Assembly (NCBI GenBank): GCA_963667255.1
Contig: OY762940.1
Coordinates: 1,120,001-1,184,000 of the forward strand
Direction: 5' to 3'
DNA from: Candidatus Cloacimonadota bacterium
GTDB taxonomy: Bacteria; Cloacimonadota; Cloacimonadia; G963667145
Length of the DNA: 64,000 nucleotides
Both the position numbers and the translations under genes were made by a program. Each line of letters begins with the position of its first letter. The first letter of the stretch is position 1. The notes below the pieces were generated by a model. That model had not been told where the DNA came from. It did not search any database and worked only from the letters and a program-made list of their open reading frames with translations. Positions 61,390-64,000 of the stretch are shown one piece after another.

Positions 61390-61488
61390 TCCATTGTAAC
61401 TGTCATTTTCCAATTGCATTTATGCTGTTTTCATTTGACAGAGTTGTAAACAAAAAAAACTCTCCTACAATAAAAAGAGGTTAACGAT

Positions 61489-61761
61489 ATGAAAAAGAAA
61501 CTTGTTCTACTGGGAGTTTTGCTCATCGGAGTGCTTGTGGTTTTCGCTATCTTGGACGATAGGATTAAGATTTCAGTTCTCTCTGTTTTGTTCGTTTTTG
61601 TTTTGTATTACATCAATAAAAATCGTAAATCGTGGTTTGACACAGATGTCTCTAAAATCAAGAAAATCAAGAACAAGCTGAAGTTGGAAGCTGCGTTTTA
61701 CCTAAATATAATTTTTTCGATAGCCTACATTGTGGGTTTGAGTGCCATTTTGACAAGATAG
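61489..61761 (+). CDS. Small hypothetical membrane protein (3 TM)
   Basis: 90-aa hydrophobic ORF with GAGG RBS. Confidence 0.65.
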   Translation: MKKKLVLLGVLLIGVLVVFAILDDRIKISVLSVLFVFVLYYINKNRKSWFDTDVSKIKKIKNKLKLEAAFYLNIIFSIAYIVGLSAILTR

Positions 61762-61773
61762 GAGAGTTTTTAG

Positions 61774-62988
61774 ATGTTTAAATTGAAGTGTGTGAATTGC
61801 GGTCGTGAGTTTGCCAAAGGCGAGGTTGAGTATCTTTGCCCGACATGCGAGGCATCCAATGTCGAGGGACAACCGACTAAGGGGATTTTGAAGGTCATTT
61901 ACGATTACTCCAAGATTGACAAAAATTTTGAGAAATTGAAGAAGAACAGTTTTCTTGATTTGCTCCCGATAGATTCAGCCGATAGTTTCCCCAATTTGCG
62001 AGTTGGCAAGACGCCGATGTATAAATACAATAACTTGCCCAAGTATGGCGATTTGGATTTTAATCTGTTCATCAAGGACGAGGGCGTAAATCCGACTTTT
62101 TCTTTCAAAGATAGGGCTTCCTACATCGTTAGTGCTTATGCCAAGGAGAACGGGAAAGAGGTGATTGTTGCTGCTTCGACAGGTAATGCAGGTTCATCTT
62201 TAGCTGGGATTTGTGCGAGCCAAGGTCAAAAAGCCGTGATAATGGTGCCTACTGCTGCACCTATCGCCAAGCTCACTCAAGTGATGATGTATGGGGCGAA
62301 ACTCGTGCCGGTTGATGGGATTTACGATGATGCTTTCGCTTTGTCTATCGCTGCCAGCAAGAAATTCGGTTGGTATAATCGCAATACCGCTTACAATCCG
62401 CACACAGTTGAGGGCAAGAAGACGGTCTCTTTTGAAATTTATGACCAAATCAGAGCCGTTGACTTGGTTTTCGTCTCTGCCGGAGACGGTTGTATTGCCG
62501 GTGGAGTTTTCAAAGGTTTTGAGGACTTGCTCAAGGTTGGCATTATCAAGAAAGTCCCCAAGATTGTGGTGGTGCAGTCGGAGAAAAGTGCCAACATCTA
62601 CAACAACTACAAAACTGACGCTTTCACATGCGTTAGTGCTACGACTTTGGCGGATTCTATCTCCGTGGATGTTCCTGCCAACTATTATATGATGAAGCAG
62701 TTTTTGAGCGACTACGACAGCGATTGCATTACAGTGAGTGATGAAAAGATTTTGGAAGCCAGTCTCACCTTGAGCCAAAATACGGGAATATTCTCCGAGC
62801 CTGCCGCTGCGTGTGCTTTTGCGGGAATGTTGAAATATTCTCAAGAGGGTAATATTCCGAGTGGAAGCAACGCTTGTGTTCTTCTCACGGGAAGCGGTTT
62901 GAAAGATTTGGCGTCCGTTCGCGAGATTGTGAAAATGCCGAAAGCTATATCACCCAACGAGAAGTCGTTGGATAACATCTCTTTATAA
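61774..62988 (+). CDS. thrC: Threonine synthase (fold-type II PLP enzyme)
   Basis: N-terminal CxxC..CxxC; NPTFSFKDR, ASTGNAGSS, EGKKT, ADSISV, EPAAA and LTGSGLKD motifs. Confidence 0.85.
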   Translation: MFKLKCVNCGREFAKGEVEYLCPTCEASNVEGQPTKGILKVIYDYSKIDKNFEKLKKNSFLDLLPIDSADSFPNLRVGKTPMYKYNNLPKYGDLDFNLFIKDEGVNPTFSFKDRASYIVSAYAKENGKEVIVAASTGNAGSSLAGICASQGQKAVIMVPTAAPIAKLTQVMMYGAKLVPVDGIYDDAFALSIAASKKFGWYNRNTAYNPHTVEGKKTVSFEIYDQIRAVDLVFVSAGDGCIAGGVFKGFEDLLKVGIIKKVPKIVVVQSEKSANIYNNYKTDAFTCVSATTLADSISVDVPANYYMMKQFLSDYDSDCITVSDEKILEASLTLSQNTGIFSEPAAACAFAGMLKYSQEGNIPSGSNACVLLTGSGLKDLASVREIVKMPKAISPNEKSLDNISL

Positions 62989-63007
62989 TTTTGCAAAATT
63001 TATATTT

Positions 63008-63781
63008 ATGTCAAAAAAAATAAAACGCAAGAAAGGGTTTTTGCAGGAATGGATTGAAGCCATTTTGTTTGCTTTGGTCGTTGCGATGATTATTCGCAAT
63101 TACACATTCCAAAACTTCAAGATTCCTTCCGGCTCGATGGAAAAAAGTCTTTTGGTCGGGGATTATCTTATTGCGAATAAATTGAAGTTTTATTTTGATG
63201 AACCCAAAAGATTTGATATCGTCACTTTTCGCAATCCTGCACAAGCTGATGAGCCCGGCTTGCCATGCACACAGAACGAGTTTAGGGACACCAGACGAGA
63301 CTATCTCAAAATTTATCCGCCTTTGTATTGGGACAAAAAAGATTGGTTCTATTTCGGGATTGACAAGATAACTTTTTTGGGGATTTGCTACTACGCTCGG
63401 GCGAATTTGGTGAAGAGAGTGATAGGGATGTCGGGCGACACTGTGGAGATAAAAGACAGGGTTACTTACATCAATGGGCAAGAGATTGCCGAGCCATTTG
63501 TGAACAATATTTTATCCCAAATTTTGCCTCGCTACACTGGAATTGACCAGCTGGATATTTTTTGGGGAGATGAGTTTATGGGGTCGATTGATAATTTTGG
63601 ACCGGTCGTCGTTCCTGACGGGAAATATTTTGTGATGGGAGACAATCGGCAAAACAGTTTTGACAGTAGATTTTGGGGATTTTTGGATAGAGACGACATC
63701 AACGGAACACCTTATTTGATTTTGTTTTCCGTTGGCGAAAATGGTCTGAGAAGCGGAAGATTTTTCAAAAGAATAAGATAG
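63008..63781 (+). CDS. lepB: Signal peptidase I
   Basis: IPSGSME, VKRVIG..GD and GDNRQNSFDSRFWG motifs. Confidence 0.95.
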   Translation: MSKKIKRKKGFLQEWIEAILFALVVAMIIRNYTFQNFKIPSGSMEKSLLVGDYLIANKLKFYFDEPKRFDIVTFRNPAQADEPGLPCTQNEFRDTRRDYLKIYPPLYWDKKDWFYFGIDKITFLGICYYARANLVKRVIGMSGDTVEIKDRVTYINGQEIAEPFVNNILSQILPRYTGIDQLDIFWGDEFMGSIDNFGPVVVPDGKYFVMGDNRQNSFDSRFWGFLDRDDINGTPYLILFSVGENGLRSGRFFKRIR

Positions 63782-63798
63782 TTTTAAGGAGATAAGTA

Positions 63799-64000
63799 GT
63801 GGCAAAGACAGCAATAAATCCAACGAGAGAGCAAAATTATCCGCTGTGGTATCAAGAGGTGATAAAGGCTGCTGATATGGCGGAGAGCAGTTCTGTTAGG
63901 GGTTGCATGGTTATCAAGCCTTGGGGATATGCTATTTGGGAAAATATTCGCAAAGCCTTGGACAAAGAGTTCAAGCGAACTGGTCACAAAAATGCGTATT
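63799..64000 (+). CDS. proS: Proline--tRNA ligase, archaeal/eukaryote type (3' truncated by window)
   Basis: Not in the ORF track. GTG after AAGGAG reads [48 protein letters not shown]. Confidence 0.92.
   Translation, partial: MAKTAINPTREQNYPLWYQEVIKAADMAESSSVRGCMVIKPWGYAIWENIRKALDKEFKRTGHKNAY

Noticed and set aside
61083..61488. Lysine riboswitch or T-box ahead of dapF/thrC
   Set aside because: Neither consensus was recognisable on either strand.

Overview
AT-rich chromosomal window from a diderm bacterium (LpxH-like, hldD, lnt, TonB-ExbBD and a beta-barrel protein are present). The split atpD-atpC pair, eukaryote-type ProRS and alternative GlmU suggest an FCB-related anaerobe such as Cloacimonadota; this is inference only. 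Most of the window is housekeeping: folD, aspartate kinase, xseB-ispA-dut, citrate synthase, nadBAC, recJ-lnt, hldD, tryptophanase, yebC, atpDC, secDF, gatB, an FMN-riboswitch-controlled ribD-E-BA-H operon, moeA, mfd, rel, dapF, threonine synthase, lepB and proS, plus an RNase P RNA. The most notable items are: (1) a small accessory island at about 18.6-21.5 kb with an uncharacterised membrane-anchored protein, a Panacea (SocA/DUF4065) antitoxin and a RelE-like toxin, preceded by a leader ORF, a gene remnant and a palindromic repeat; (2) a CoaE-AroD-AroE triple fusion coupled to a stand-alone FolP N-terminal-like domain; (3) a FolD that lacks the cyclohydrolase lysine and NADP-binding residues, with a separate FchA-like cyclohydrolase in the window; (4) a multi-hairpin intergenic element at 61.15-61.39 kb; (5) a recurring TTGACA promoter pattern without a canonical -10 box. 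No tRNA, rRNA, CRISPR array, integrase or transposase was seen. All family calls come from motif recognition, not database searches.
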